From: Candidatus Latescibacterota bacterium | GTDB lineage: Bacteria > Latescibacterota > UBA2968 > UBA8231 | Reading direction: 5' to 3' | DNA: 64,000 nucleotides | Assembly (NCBI GenBank): GCA_965203355.1 | Contig: OZ241889.1 | Span: 1,184,001-1,248,000 of the forward strand | The notes under the pieces: model-generated | What the model was told of the DNA's origin: nothing | Seen by the model: the letters and a program-made list of their open reading frames with translations, nothing else | Database searches by the model: none | Shown here: positions 9,473 through 20,118 of the stretch, in pieces | Layout of the letters: every line of letters begins with the position of its first letter | Position numbering within the stretch: position 1 is the first letter of the stretch | Program-made: the position numbers and the translations under genes

Positions 9473-10750
9473 ATGAGCTACGCCCAGCTCATCCGCTTCA
9501 TGTTGCCCTTGGTGGTGACGGCGCTGGTGCAAGAGCTCAGCGGCCAGTTTCTCAACGGCGGCATGGCGCGGATGCCGCGGGCGGTCGAAACGCTGGCCGC
9601 CTTTGGCTTGGCCTTTGGTTTGGCTTTGTTCCTCTCCGGCACCCTGTCTCAGGTGCGGCAGCTCGGCTTGGTTCTCGTCGAACACACCCAAAGCTACCGC
9701 GTCTGTTGCCGCTTTGTGCTCGCCGCTGGACTGCTATTGGCCGGTATCTTGGCCAGCTTGGCGCTGACCCCGCTGGGGTCTTGGATCATCAACGATCTGC
9801 ACGGGGTCGATCCCGCGCTCGGCGACGCCGCGCGCTTGGCTCTGCTGTGGCTCGTTCCCTTCCCCGTGCTGCACGGGATGGCGCGCTTTTACAGCGGCGA
9901 ACTCATCCGCGTCCGCCGCACCGACATCCCCGCCTACGCCACCACCATTGGGATCGCCTGCAGCATCTTAGCCGTGTTTGCGCTGCTGCCGCTTGGTTTT
10001 GTCCGCCAGACTCCCATCTTACTGCCGGTTCTCGCCACGTACATGGGGGCTATCGCCGAGCTTGGCGTAGTTGCGTGGGGACGCTGGCGCTTGGTGCATT
10101 GGCCTGAGCCAGCCAACAGGCCGCTTCTGACTTACTTCTACGTCCTGCGCTTCTTTTGGCCCTTAGCGCTGATCATGGCGGTGCAGGCCGGCACCCGGCC
10201 GCTGATCAACGCGTTCGTCGCCCGCAGTGCCAACGGCACCGAAGCACTGGCCGCGTTGACCATTGTCTATGCGATCGGCCACATCCCCTATGGCTGGCTC
10301 AACGAACTGCGCAACCTGCCGACGGCTTTCCGCCAAGAAGGGGATTTAGCCAAAATCCGCCGCTTTTGCTTGGGCTGTTGTCTGTTTTCCTGTGCGTGGA
10401 TGGTGGGGCTGTTTTGGACGCCGGCCGTTGACTATATCCTCGGCACTTGGATCGGCATTGGCCCCGAGTTGATCGCCGACTGCAAGGTGCCGCTGCTGAT
10501 TTTTACGGGCTTTCCCTTTGTCGTCAGTCTGCGTAGTTACTTTCACGGCATTGGCCTGCTCCAACACCGCACCCAAGCGATGGCCCCGAGTGCCCCGTCG
10601 CGGGTCGCGACCGTCTTGCTGATGCTAGCCCTGCTGGCCAATTTTGAGATCCACGGGGTGACGCAAGCCGTAGGTGCCTTGATCAGCGGCCACACCGTGG
10701 AGGCTTTGGTCGTCTGGTGGACCATCGGGCGCGGGCGGCGCACCTATTGA
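9473..10750 (+). CDS. MATE/ANKH-like multi-pass membrane transporter
   Basis: Many hydrophobic segments in two repeated halves (LIRFMLPL / VLRFFWPL). Confidence 0.7.
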   Translation: MSYAQLIRFMLPLVVTALVQELSGQFLNGGMARMPRAVETLAAFGLAFGLALFLSGTLSQVRQLGLVLVEHTQSYRVCCRFVLAAGLLLAGILASLALTPLGSWIINDLHGVDPALGDAARLALLWLVPFPVLHGMARFYSGELIRVRRTDIPAYATTIGIACSILAVFALLPLGFVRQTPILLPVLATYMGAIAELGVVAWGRWRLVHWPEPANRPLLTYFYVLRFFWPLALIMAVQAGTRPLINAFVARSANGTEALAALTIVYAIGHIPYGWLNELRNLPTAFRQEGDLAKIRRFCLGCCLFSCAWMVGLFWTPAVDYILGTWIGIGPELIADCKVPLLIFTGFPFVVSLRSYFHGIGLLQHRTQAMAPSAPSRVATVLLMLALLANFEIHGVTQAVGALISGHTVEALVVWWTIGRGRRTY

Positions 10751-10847
10751 CGCAGCTAGGTCTGTGGCCAAAGTTCTACGCAAGCCGCGCGTGGACCGCC
10801 CCTCGCGGCGGCCCGGACCCAACCACAAAACACCGGAAAAGGACGCC

Positions 10848-12488
10848 ATGCCCATGAACGGCAACCAAGCCATTGCCCACATCCTCAAGGCCGAAGGCGT
10901 CGAGTGGCTGTCGGCTTTCCCCGCTCAGTCGCTGATCGACGAGGCCGCACGCGCTGGGATCCGGCCCGTTATCTGTCGCCAAGAGCGGACGGGCGTCAAC
11001 ATGGCCGACGGCTTCAGCCGCACGACCAATGGCCGCCCCTTTGGCGTTTTCACCATGCAGACCGGGCCGGGTGCTGAAAACGCGCTCGGCGGCGCGGCCC
11101 AAGCCTACGCCGATGCCGTCCCCTTGCTGCTCTTGCCCGGCGGCGTGGCCACGGCCCGCACCCAAGTGCCGCCCAACTTCGACGCGGTGGCCAATTACCG
11201 CGGCATCACCAAATGGGCCGCCAACATCAACCGCGTCGAGCGCATTCCCGAACTGATGCGCCGCGCCTTTAGCCAACTCGCCCACGGCCGGCCCGGGCCG
11301 GTGTTGGTGGAAATTCCCAGCGATTTAGGTGCGGCCGGGTTGCCCGGCGATCTCGCCTACCAACCGATCAAGGCCTGCAAATCCGCCGCCGACTCAGACG
11401 CGGTGCGCGACTTGGTTGCCGCGCTGATCAAAGCCGAATGCCCGATCATCAACGCCGGGCACGGCGCGTTGTGGGCCGAAGCCACCGACCAACTCGTGGC
11501 CCTTGCCGAGCTGCTCAATGTGCCCGTTATGACGACCTTGGCCGGCAAGAGCGCGTTTCCGGAAAATCACGCGCTCGCGCTGGGCACTGGCGGCCACACT
11601 GGCACGCTGATGGTTGATCGCTTCTTGCAAAAGACCGACTTCGTCTTGGGCGTGGGCACTAGCTTCACCGTCTCGGTCTTCAATGCTCCCATGCCCGACC
11701 GCGCCGTCTTGGCGCAGGTGACCAACTGTGCGGAAGATCTCAACAAGGACTACCGAATTGACTTGGGGGCTGTCGGCGATGCGCGGCTCGTGCTGGAGCA
11801 GATCATCGAGGAAGTCCGTCGGCAGCTTGGGGCCGACGGGCGCGCAGACGGCGGAGTGGCGGCCGAGATCGCAGCTAGCCGCGCCGAGTTCAATGCCGCA
11901 TGGGCGCCGCGGTTCCGTTCGGACGAAGTGCCGATAAACCCCTACCGGGTCTTTGCCGAACTCGCCCGCGCCGTGGATGTGGCCAACACCATTATCACCC
12001 ACGACTCGGGCTATCCCCGCGATCAACTCGTGCCGTTCTGGCGGCCCCAAGTCCCCAGAGGGTACATCGGTTGGGGCAAATCGACCCAGCTCGGTTACGG
12101 CTTAGGCTTGGCATTGGGGGCCAAGTTAGCCGCGCCCGACAAGCAGGTCATCAACATCATGGGCGACGCGGCTTTTGGCATGGCCGGCCTCGACATTGAG
12201 ACCGCCGTGCGCGCGGAAATTCCCATTTTGACGGTGGTGCTCAACAACGGCGTGATGACCCATTACGACCATCACATGCCCTACGCGACCGAGCACTGGC
12301 AGAGCAATCGGCTCGGCGGGCATTACGCGCAAGTAGCCGAGGCCCTTGGCGCCCACGCCGAGCGCGTCGAAGCGATCGCGGATTTGGCCGCGGCCATTCA
12401 GCGTGCCCTTGCGGCCAACAGCGAGGGACGCGCCGCCCTGTTGGAGGTAATGACCAAGGCGGAAGAAAACGTCGCCAAGTTTTGGTAG
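10848..12488 (+). CDS. Thiamine pyrophosphate-dependent enzyme (acetolactate synthase-like)
   Basis: RQERTGVNMADG, GPGAEN, GRPGPVLVEIP and the TPP motif GDAAFG...NNG. Confidence 0.9.
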   Translation: MPMNGNQAIAHILKAEGVEWLSAFPAQSLIDEAARAGIRPVICRQERTGVNMADGFSRTTNGRPFGVFTMQTGPGAENALGGAAQAYADAVPLLLLPGGVATARTQVPPNFDAVANYRGITKWAANINRVERIPELMRRAFSQLAHGRPGPVLVEIPSDLGAAGLPGDLAYQPIKACKSAADSDAVRDLVAALIKAECPIINAGHGALWAEATDQLVALAELLNVPVMTTLAGKSAFPENHALALGTGGHTGTLMVDRFLQKTDFVLGVGTSFTVSVFNAPMPDRAVLAQVTNCAEDLNKDYRIDLGAVGDARLVLEQIIEEVRRQLGADGRADGGVAAEIAASRAEFNAAWAPRFRSDEVPINPYRVFAELARAVDVANTIITHDSGYPRDQLVPFWRPQVPRGYIGWGKSTQLGYGLGLALGAKLAAPDKQVINIMGDAAFGMAGLDIETAVRAEIPILTVVLNNGVMTHYDHHMPYATEHWQSNRLGGHYAQVAEALGAHAERVEAIADLAAAIQRALAANSEGRAALLEVMTKAEENVAKFW

Positions 12489-12499
12489 AGGAGGAGCAA

Positions 12500-13582
12500 A
12501 TGCAGCCATACAAAGCCGTCCTCATCGGCTGTAGTCGCATGGGGGCTTTCATCGACAACGAAGTTCCGGCCGATATGCGTCCATATTCCCACGCCGCTGG
12601 GTACGAGGCTTGCGCGCGCACAGACCTCGTCGCCTGCTCGGACCTGCGCGTTGATGTGATGGAAAGGGTCGGCGTACGCTACGGTATTCCGGCGGACAAG
12701 CAGTACACTGACTATCGGGAGATGCTCGCCTGCGAAAAGCCGGACCTCGTCAGCGTCGCCACCCAACCCGAGCACCGCGCCGCTATCGTGCTGGCAGCGA
12801 CCGAAGCGGGTGCCCGCGCCATCTACGCGGAAAAGGCGTTCTCGGCCTCGCTGGCCGAAGCCGACCGCATGGTCGAAGCCTGCCAGCGTCACAACGTCGC
12901 GCTCAACATGGGCACCAATCGCCGCTTTCACCCGGGCTACGACCAGATGAAAGCCGTCATTGACTCCGGGGAAATCGGCGCGTTGCAAACCCTCATCATT
13001 CACCAGACCAGTGCGCTCTTCAACGGCGCTAGCCACAGCTTTGACTTGCTCCAGCGTCTCAACTCGGACGCCCCGGCCGCTTGGGTGCAAGCGCATTTGC
13101 CCAATGGCGACGAGATCATCGATGGCGATATCCTGCGCGAAGACCCGGTTGGGCATGGCATCATCCAGTTTGCCAACGGAGTCACCGCGTACGCGCTCAA
13201 CTCGGGTCGGGGGCTGGAAGTGGAGGCTGTCTGCGAAAAAGGCGTGGTGACGGCACTGGGCCATGATAAGGAGTGGCAGCTACGGGCGCCGGTGGCACAG
13301 GATCACCGAGGCCGCGATATGTTGGGATGGGTGGAATTCCCTGATTTCGAGCAACGAGCTTCGACGCTCTGCTTGATCGAGGATCTGGTACACTCACTCG
13401 ATACGGGCGTGCCTCCGCGTGGCGGCGCAGCGCTGGCGCGGGCTAATACCGAACTGATCTTCGCGTTTGTCGAGTCGCATCAGCGCGGCGGTGCTCGCGT
13501 AGAGCTGCCGCTTGACGGGAGCAAGTATCGGCTGGATCGAGATCGCGCGCCGCGGCAGCCCAAGTACGAGCCGGACGCTTGA
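12500..13582 (+). CDS. Gfo/Idh/MocA oxidoreductase
   Basis: IGCSRMG Rossmann motif, EKA motif, SHSFD. RBS GAGGAG. Confidence 0.9.
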   Translation: MQPYKAVLIGCSRMGAFIDNEVPADMRPYSHAAGYEACARTDLVACSDLRVDVMERVGVRYGIPADKQYTDYREMLACEKPDLVSVATQPEHRAAIVLAATEAGARAIYAEKAFSASLAEADRMVEACQRHNVALNMGTNRRFHPGYDQMKAVIDSGEIGALQTLIIHQTSALFNGASHSFDLLQRLNSDAPAAWVQAHLPNGDEIIDGDILREDPVGHGIIQFANGVTAYALNSGRGLEVEAVCEKGVVTALGHDKEWQLRAPVAQDHRGRDMLGWVEFPDFEQRASTLCLIEDLVHSLDTGVPPRGGAALARANTELIFAFVESHQRGGARVELPLDGSKYRLDRDRAPRQPKYEPDA

Positions 13583-13630
13583 GCCTGTCTGATATAGATA
13601 TAGTATCCATATTGCCGCTCAATTTACCTG

Positions 13631-15037
13631 TCAGTTGGGCGCGTGCTGTGCGGCTTGTTCGATCAAGAGCCGATCCTGCTGGCTTTGCCGCACCTGTGCC
13701 TCTATCGCGACCGGATCCCACTCGGCCAACAGCCGTTCTTGGAGATCGGCTAAGGTCGCCGCGTGGGCGGGATGGTTCGCTAGGTCGTCGAACTCGTTGG
13801 GGTCGGCCTCTACGTCGTATAGCTGAGGCGGATCGCCCAAACTGTAGTGGAGCTTGTACCGGCCGCGCCGCAACATGGCCGTTGGCCGCTGCACACCATG
13901 GGCTAGATATTCGGAAAATGCTTCATCTTTCCAGTTTGCGTCTTGCCCTTGCAGCAATCCCAACAGGCTATCGCCGTCCAACGACCCGGCGCTGGGTGCG
14001 TCGGCGACTTCGACGATGGTTGCGACCAGATCGACCAGCGACACTACTTCGTTGAGGTGCTGACCGGGCGGGATTTGCCCGGGATAGACCATTTGCAGCG
14101 GCACTTTGGCGGACGCCTCGTACAGGCTCGACTTCCGCCACATGCCGTGCTCGCCGTTCATTTCCCCGTGATCGCTGAAGTGCGCGATGAGCGTGTTGTC
14201 GCGCTGGCCGGTTTCTGCTAGGACGGCGAGCAGACGGCCGATTTTCTCGTCTAAATAGGTAATGAGTCCATAGTACCCGGCGCGGGCGCGGCGCACCTGC
14301 GCTGCGGGGAAATCGACCGCCCCAAACATGGCCCGCATCCGCTGGTGGACGGGGTGCTGGCTTTCGAGGTGGCCGGGGGGAATCTCCGGCATGTCGATTT
14401 GGTCGAGAGGATAGAGGTTGAAAAACCGCTCGGGCACTACGAGCGGAAAATGCGGCGCAATAAACGAGACATTCAGGGCCCAAGGCCGCTCCTTGCGGGC
14501 CGGGTCGCGCAGGTAGGCCAGCGCTTGTTCTTCTGCCAGATCATCGACTTCGATCTCCAAGGTTGTCCCCGGCCCGGCCGCGGCGACCCCGCCCCAGGGC
14601 TTGTCGGCCGGCGGCGTGCCTTTGCGCCAGTCGGGCGTGCCGCGCAGGACGCCTTCTTTGGTCCACAACTCGGCGTGCAAGTCGCGCGCTAGCTGGGCGC
14701 GGAAGCCGTGCAGTTGGTCGGGGCCGCAAAAGTGCTGTTTGCCCGAGAGCACCACGTCGTAGCCCACGGCGCGCAGCCGATGGGCCCAAGTAACCGCATC
14801 CGACGGCAGGGGGCTGGCATTGTCAAAGGCCCTGATCTGGTTGATGTAGCGGCCGGTCATAAACGACATCCGCGATGGGAGGCAGAGCGGAGAATTGCAA
14901 TAGGCGTTGGCAAAGGTCGCGCCTTCGGCCGCCAGTTGATCCATAAAGGGCGTCTGTACGAGTGGATGCCCGTAGGGGCCGCTGTACATGGGCGCGTGTT
15001 CGTCCGTCATAATGAACAGTATGTTGGGGCGATTCAC
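13631..15037 (-). CDS. Sulfatase (choline-sulfatase-like)
   Basis: PNILFIMTDEH, formylglycine motif CLPSR, GKQH, SDHGE. Confidence 0.92.
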   Translation of the reverse strand: MNRPNILFIMTDEHAPMYSGPYGHPLVQTPFMDQLAAEGATFANAYCNSPLCLPSRMSFMTGRYINQIRAFDNASPLPSDAVTWAHRLRAVGYDVVLSGKQHFCGPDQLHGFRAQLARDLHAELWTKEGVLRGTPDWRKGTPPADKPWGGVAAAGPGTTLEIEVDDLAEEQALAYLRDPARKERPWALNVSFIAPHFPLVVPERFFNLYPLDQIDMPEIPPGHLESQHPVHQRMRAMFGAVDFPAAQVRRARAGYYGLITYLDEKIGRLLAVLAETGQRDNTLIAHFSDHGEMNGEHGMWRKSSLYEASAKVPLQMVYPGQIPPGQHLNEVVSLVDLVATIVEVADAPSAGSLDGDSLLGLLQGQDANWKDEAFSEYLAHGVQRPTAMLRRGRYKLHYSLGDPPQLYDVEADPNEFDDLANHPAHAATLADLQERLLAEWDPVAIEAQVRQSQQDRLLIEQAAQHAPN

Positions 15038-15079
15038 GGGTTGCTCCTAGTTTGTCGGATGGAAAGTTGCGGCCAACGC

Positions 15080-15508
15080 TCAGCCATCGGCCCGGACGCC
15101 CAAGCCGTGGACATAGACCAATTTGCTGCCGCAGTAGCCCGTCCACAAGACCAAGCCGCCGATCAGGACGCCCAGGGCGATCCACGCATAGAGCGGCCAT
15201 CCGGTAAGCCGCCCCTTGAGGTGCAATGGCAAGCGCCCGAGAACGGCTCCCAATCCCAACAGCAAGGTCCAAGTGGCGAGGGAGTCGTGGGTGGCTAACG
15301 GCGCGGCCGCCGACCCATCCCAAGCCTCGGTCGCGGCCGCATTACCGCTGAGCACGGCCGCGGTCGCCGCTAGCACACCCAACACCAGCAAGCCGTACGC
15401 TAGGTGATGCCCAGCGCGGCGACCGAGGCACAGCGCCCCTATATCGCACAGCGGGCTAAGCGACAAGAAGGCGATCGGATAGTGGACGATGAAGGGATGC
15501 CAGTCCAT
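15080..15508 (-). CDS. DUF2231 family membrane protein
   Basis: HPFIVHYPIA start, four TM segments, TGYCGSKLVYVHG end. Confidence 0.8.
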   Translation of the reverse strand: MDWHPFIVHYPIAFLSLSPLCDIGALCLGRRAGHHLAYGLLVLGVLAATAAVLSGNAAATEAWDGSAAAPLATHDSLATWTLLLGLGAVLGRLPLHLKGRLTGWPLYAWIALGVLIGGLVLWTGYCGSKLVYVHGLGVRADG

Positions 15509-15512
15509 TTTT

Positions 15513-15679
15513 TAGTGGTCAGTGGTCAGTGGTCAGTGGTCAGTGGTCAGTGGTCAGTTTCCCCGCTCTATCAGGGACGGGTCGGGACGGGACAGGTCAC
15601 TGGCCACCGGCCACTATCAGGGGACGGGTCGGGACGGGTCACCGGCCACCGGTCACCGGCCACTGGCCACCGACCACTG
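15513..15679 (+). repeat. Heptamer inverted-arm element
   Basis: (AGTGGTC)x6, then two CTATCAGGG(G)ACGGGTCGGGACGGG cores, then a GGCCACC/GACCACT arm. Confidence 0.9.
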
Positions 15680-15752
15680 TTGTTTCCTAAGCGTCTGAAT
15701 GCGTCATTTGTGGAGAAGGACCATTCTCGATTCCCATAACCGGAGCAATGCC

Positions 15753-17045
15753 ATGGCCACGGATTTGTGCCAACACATTGAAGAGACGCTGCTAATTGAC
15801 ACGCACGAACACCTGCGCCAGGAGCGCGACTGGGTCGAGAACGGCCCGGACATTTTGCAAGACCTTTTTGGCAACTACGTGCCGGCCGATCTGATCGCCG
15901 CTGGTGCTACCCCCGCGGACCTGCACAAGCTCAACGACGCCTCCGACCCAGACTTGGAAGCGCGTTTTGACCGCATCCGCTCGGCCTTTGCGGCCATTCG
16001 CTTCACCGGCTACGGCGAGGCCGTGCGCATTCTCGCGCAGGGGGTCTATGGCATGGCCGACTTCAGCGCGGACGAGCTGCACAAGGCGCAAGAAAAGCTC
16101 GCGGCTTGGCGGCGGCCCGGCGGTCGGCACGAGTTGCTCAGCCAACTGGGTCGGCTCGACCACGTGCAGACCGACGACTTTTCTTGGCCCTGCCCGCCCG
16201 ACGAGTCTGGCGTGGACTTTTTTCTCTACGACTTGTCTTGGGCCGCCTTTTGCAACGGCCAGATCGACGCGGACGCCATTGAGCGCGAGACCGGCGTGGC
16301 CGTCGCCGATTTGGCCAGCCTCAAGCAGGGCATGGAAGCCATTTTCGCCCAGCACGGCCCCCATGCCATCGCGGTTAAAGCCCAACACGCATACAACCGC
16401 ACGTTGCGCTGGGAAGAGCGCACCGACGCCGACGCCGAGCGCGTACTCCAACGCTTGCTTCAGGGTGCGGAGCTCGACGAGCCGAGCCGGTTGCTGTTGG
16501 GCGACTGGTGCTGGGCGCGGGGTACTGAGCTGGCGATTGAATACGAGCTGCCGTTCAAGATCCACACTGGCTACTATGCTGGCAACGACCGCATGCCGGT
16601 TGACCGCATCAAAAGCGGCAACCTCTGCCCCTTGCTGGCCCGCTACCTCGATTGCCGCTTTGTGCTGATGCACATTGCCTATCCCTATTCCAACGAATTG
16701 GTCGCGCTGACCAAGCACTACCGCAACGTGTACGCCGATCTCTGCTGGGCGTGGTCCATTGACCCGTACAGCGCGTGCGACTTTGTGCGCCGCTTTATCC
16801 ACGCTGCTCCCGCGTCCAAGCTCTTTGCCTTTGGCGGCGACACGGGCTGGCCGACCAGTTCGGTGGCCTACGCGATTCAGGCGCGTCGCTGGCTGAATCG
16901 CGCGCTACAAGGCGAGATAGACGACGGCCTGCTGACCGAGGCTGAAGCCATAGGGCTGGCGACCCGCTTTATGCGCGGCAACCAAGCGGCCTGTTTTGAC
17001 TTGGCCGGGACGCGGCAGGCTTTGCGGGCTTCAGCGGCTGGCTAA
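15753..17045 (+). CDS. Amidohydrolase_2 family metallo-hydrolase
   Basis: IDTHEH, KIHTG, FVLMH and FGGD motifs. Confidence 0.85.
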   Translation: MATDLCQHIEETLLIDTHEHLRQERDWVENGPDILQDLFGNYVPADLIAAGATPADLHKLNDASDPDLEARFDRIRSAFAAIRFTGYGEAVRILAQGVYGMADFSADELHKAQEKLAAWRRPGGRHELLSQLGRLDHVQTDDFSWPCPPDESGVDFFLYDLSWAAFCNGQIDADAIERETGVAVADLASLKQGMEAIFAQHGPHAIAVKAQHAYNRTLRWEERTDADAERVLQRLLQGAELDEPSRLLLGDWCWARGTELAIEYELPFKIHTGYYAGNDRMPVDRIKSGNLCPLLARYLDCRFVLMHIAYPYSNELVALTKHYRNVYADLCWAWSIDPYSACDFVRRFIHAAPASKLFAFGGDTGWPTSSVAYAIQARRWLNRALQGEIDDGLLTEAEAIGLATRFMRGNQAACFDLAGTRQALRASAAG

Positions 17046-17139
17046 GTTGCGCCAAGGCCGGAACGCCAGCAAACGCTCGCGGTGTGCCCGCACCGTTCTG
17101 TCTTCGTACACCACAAGTTTTAGGCCGATCAGGGCCTCG

Positions 17140-17320
17140 AAATGCTGCCCAAAAACATCCCCATCAAATGCTAGATCTATTGTATGCAGTGCTACCGGAT
17201 GCGGCGTCGACTTGGCCTTTCGGCATTGGAGATATATTTGTGTTGATAAGCAAAGCGGAGCCTGCGCTGAAAACCAACGAAGAATTTCTCGAATTGAAGC
17301 GGCGATGGGATTCCCGTTAG
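17140..17320 (+). pseudogene. C-terminal gene fragment, possibly from a defence-associated sirtuin (Dsr1-like)
   Basis: HPHQMLDLLYAVLPDAASTWPFGIG...LELKRRWDSR* looks protein-like but has no credible start. The family assignment is from recall only. Confidence 0.35.
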
Positions 17321-17321
17321 T

Positions 17322-20107
17322 TCAACGCTTCTTCCGCCTTCCCCGCTCCTTCTTCCTCGCCGTCAGCGGTACTTGCGTTTGCTCGTAGCGTGCGAAGAGA
17401 TGCTCCACGCGCTCGCGCTCGGAAGTGAAACGGGCGCGGCGATAGAGGCCATCGACAGCGCGGTCGAGGGCTTGGTGTGCTTTGCGGAGGTCGGCGGGCA
17501 TGAGGTCGGGATCGTAGAGGTCGGCGAGCGTGGCGTTGGGATGGACGGCGCGTGCGGCGAGGACCGCGTCGGCGTGGGGTACGAGGCGTTCTAGGTTTTT
17601 TTCGGAGACAGGTGGGAGCGGAAAGGTGTTGTACACGAGGCCGATAGAATAGCGATAACGGCTCTCCAGCCGCCCGCCAATGGAGCGCAACCAACTTACG
17701 TGCATGGCCGAGGTGAGCAGGGCGAATAGGGGTTTGCTGGCGTTTTCGATGATGCGGACGAGATTGCTCGGAATCACTGGTGGCTCAAGCCATCCAATCG
17801 GGATGTAATCTCGCCGTTCAGAACTGACCTCGGGCACGACTAAAAACGGCGCGGTGGGAATGACTTCCACTTCGTACTTTGTCGGAAAATCTGCCAATAT
17901 GCGGGTCGCCTGTTTTTTGCTAACAGCTCGCATTTGCCGGACAGCCACCATGCGTTCCCGAACGAGCGGTAGCTTCCTCAGTTCGGTCGGGTCGGCATCC
18001 CCCAAGTGAAGAATCCAACGCGATTTTCCTTGGAGAAATTCCGCTGCTCCAATGAACGGGCGAAAAAACTTCGCCGCGCTTGGCTCTTGCTGGAGAAATT
18101 TCATCTTGTCCGCATCGCTAAAAAGATAATGAGCACCGACTACCGGCTTGGTTCCCATTCGCGCTGCGGGAAGGCCGTTCAGCGGTGAGGTAGTCTCCTG
18201 TACCACAATACGAGGATTGACCAATCCGCCAGCGTCGAACAAGTAGGGCGAGAGGGCCGCGTGTTGGCTCTCTCGTGGATCGCCTTTGGGGGTGTCGTAG
18301 GAAAATAGTCGCTTCTCATGCGGCACATCGTCCTGCTTGGCTAGTCCGATAATGACCACATGAACGCGAGCCTTGCCGCGGGCGTCCGATCCCCAAGCAA
18401 AGGTGCGGTGCGCGAAGGCGACCTCCAGTTTGCAGCGATTAAATAGGAGTGGCCAAAGTTGCGCCACTTGCTCGCCCTGGGTGATGGAATTGGTGGCGAC
18501 AAAGCCAATTCGTGTTGTACTTTTTTGTGCGTATTCGCCCGCTTTGATGAACCATGCACATACATAGTCGAGCGAACCTGCTCGGCCAGCGGGCGAACTG
18601 ATAACAGTGGCCATTTGCCGACGTTGGGTTGGCGATTGATAACTCTGTCCCACAAACGGCGGATTCCCCAACACGTACGAACATTGCTCCGGCGGCAGCA
18701 GTTCGCTCCAGTCCGTTTCCAGCGCGTCGCCGTGCTGGATGTGCGGCGATTTTTCCAGCGGGATACGCGCATACGTCCGGCCGAACTCCAAGCTCAGCCG
18801 ATTGTTCATAATGTGATCCATCATCCACAGCGCGGTGGCCGCGATACGCGCCGGAAACTCGCCAATCTCAATGCCGTAGAACTGATCGACGTCGACCACG
18901 GAAAGCAGTTCGGCAAAGGCAGAAAGCTGGCCGGACGGATGCAACTCGCGCAACACCTCGATTTCAAGCTGCCGCAGCTCCCGGTAGGCGATGATGAGAA
19001 AGTTGCCGCAGCCGCAGGCCGGGTCGAGAAACGTCAACTGGCCTAGCTTTTGTTGGAAGGCGTACAAGTCGGGAATGCGGCGGTTGTCGCGGCGGACCTT
19101 CAGGCGGGCAAACTCCGCCCGAAGGTCGTCTAAAAACAGCGGCTCAATCACCTTGCGAATGTTCTGTTCGGTGGTGTAGTGCGCCCCCTGCGTCCGCCGT
19201 TTGGCCGGTTCCATCACGATTGGAACAGCGATCCGAAGATGGCCGGAGAAATCGCGGTCCAGTCGAACAAGCAGGCGTTGATTAAGCTCTGGCGCATGGC
19301 TGCATCAAAATCCGGGATGCGTAGCGGCTGGGCGAATAGCTCGCCGTTGATGTAAGGAAAGCGCCCCAAGTCTTCATCGAGCTTGGTCTGTCGCCACTCG
19401 GCTGGCGTGTTCAACACTTGAAACAGCCGCGCCAGATAGGGGCCGAGATCGCTGCCGTCGGGCGCGGTGCGCTCCTCAATGAACTGCAAGAAAATGTCGC
19501 GTGGCTCGAAAATGCCCGTGTCGTCGGCGAACAAGCAAAAGACGATGCGGACGAGGAATTGCTCTAAGTCGTGGCCGTCGTAGCCGGACTCGGTTAGGGC
19601 GTCGTGCAGGCGCGCAATGCGCTCAGCCGCCTCGATGTTGACCGGATCTTGGTCGCGGAACGTGCGCCGCTGCACCCCGATGATGAAGCCGAACTTTTCG
19701 ACGTGCTGCGGTAGATCGGCCAGAGCAAAGCGCGTCTCCTCGCGCTCGTCGCGGTCGAGCAGTGCAAAGGTCTGAAAGTCGCAGATCAGTTGGTAGCGGG
19801 GGCGGTCGCGCTCGGACAGCGCGTCAAAATAGGTACCGGCTTGTTCGTGGGCGGCGGTAAGGTCGCGGCCGGCACTCTTTTGCTCGACTAGCAACACGCC
19901 CGGCCAGAACAGGTCGATAAAGCCGTGCGAGTTGTCCAAGCGGCGGACATGCTCCTCATACCGCGCAACCGCACGCCGCTGCACCCCGAAGATGTTAAAA
20001 AAATCGTTGTAGAAGCTCTGGGTCTCGCCGCGCTCGTAGGTCGCGTTGTCCCACGCTGCGGCGAATTGGGCGGCGCGGGCGCGGATTTCGTTCCAAGATA
20101 GGCGCAT
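17322..20107 (-). pseudogene. MmeI-like type IIL restriction-modification enzyme split by a 1-nt frameshift
   Basis: IDLFWPG..VEQK nuclease motif, GAHYT, DPACGCGNF and GNPPF. The minus-strand junction CAA TCG TGA TG lacks one G of the expected Q-S-V-M (TCG GTG ATG). Confidence 0.85.
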
Positions 20108-20118
20108 GGCAATGGGTT

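Noticed and set aside
15513-15679. Heptamer/core repeats as a CRISPR array
   Set aside because: No constant 23-47 bp repeat with unique, evenly sized spacers, and no cas genes.
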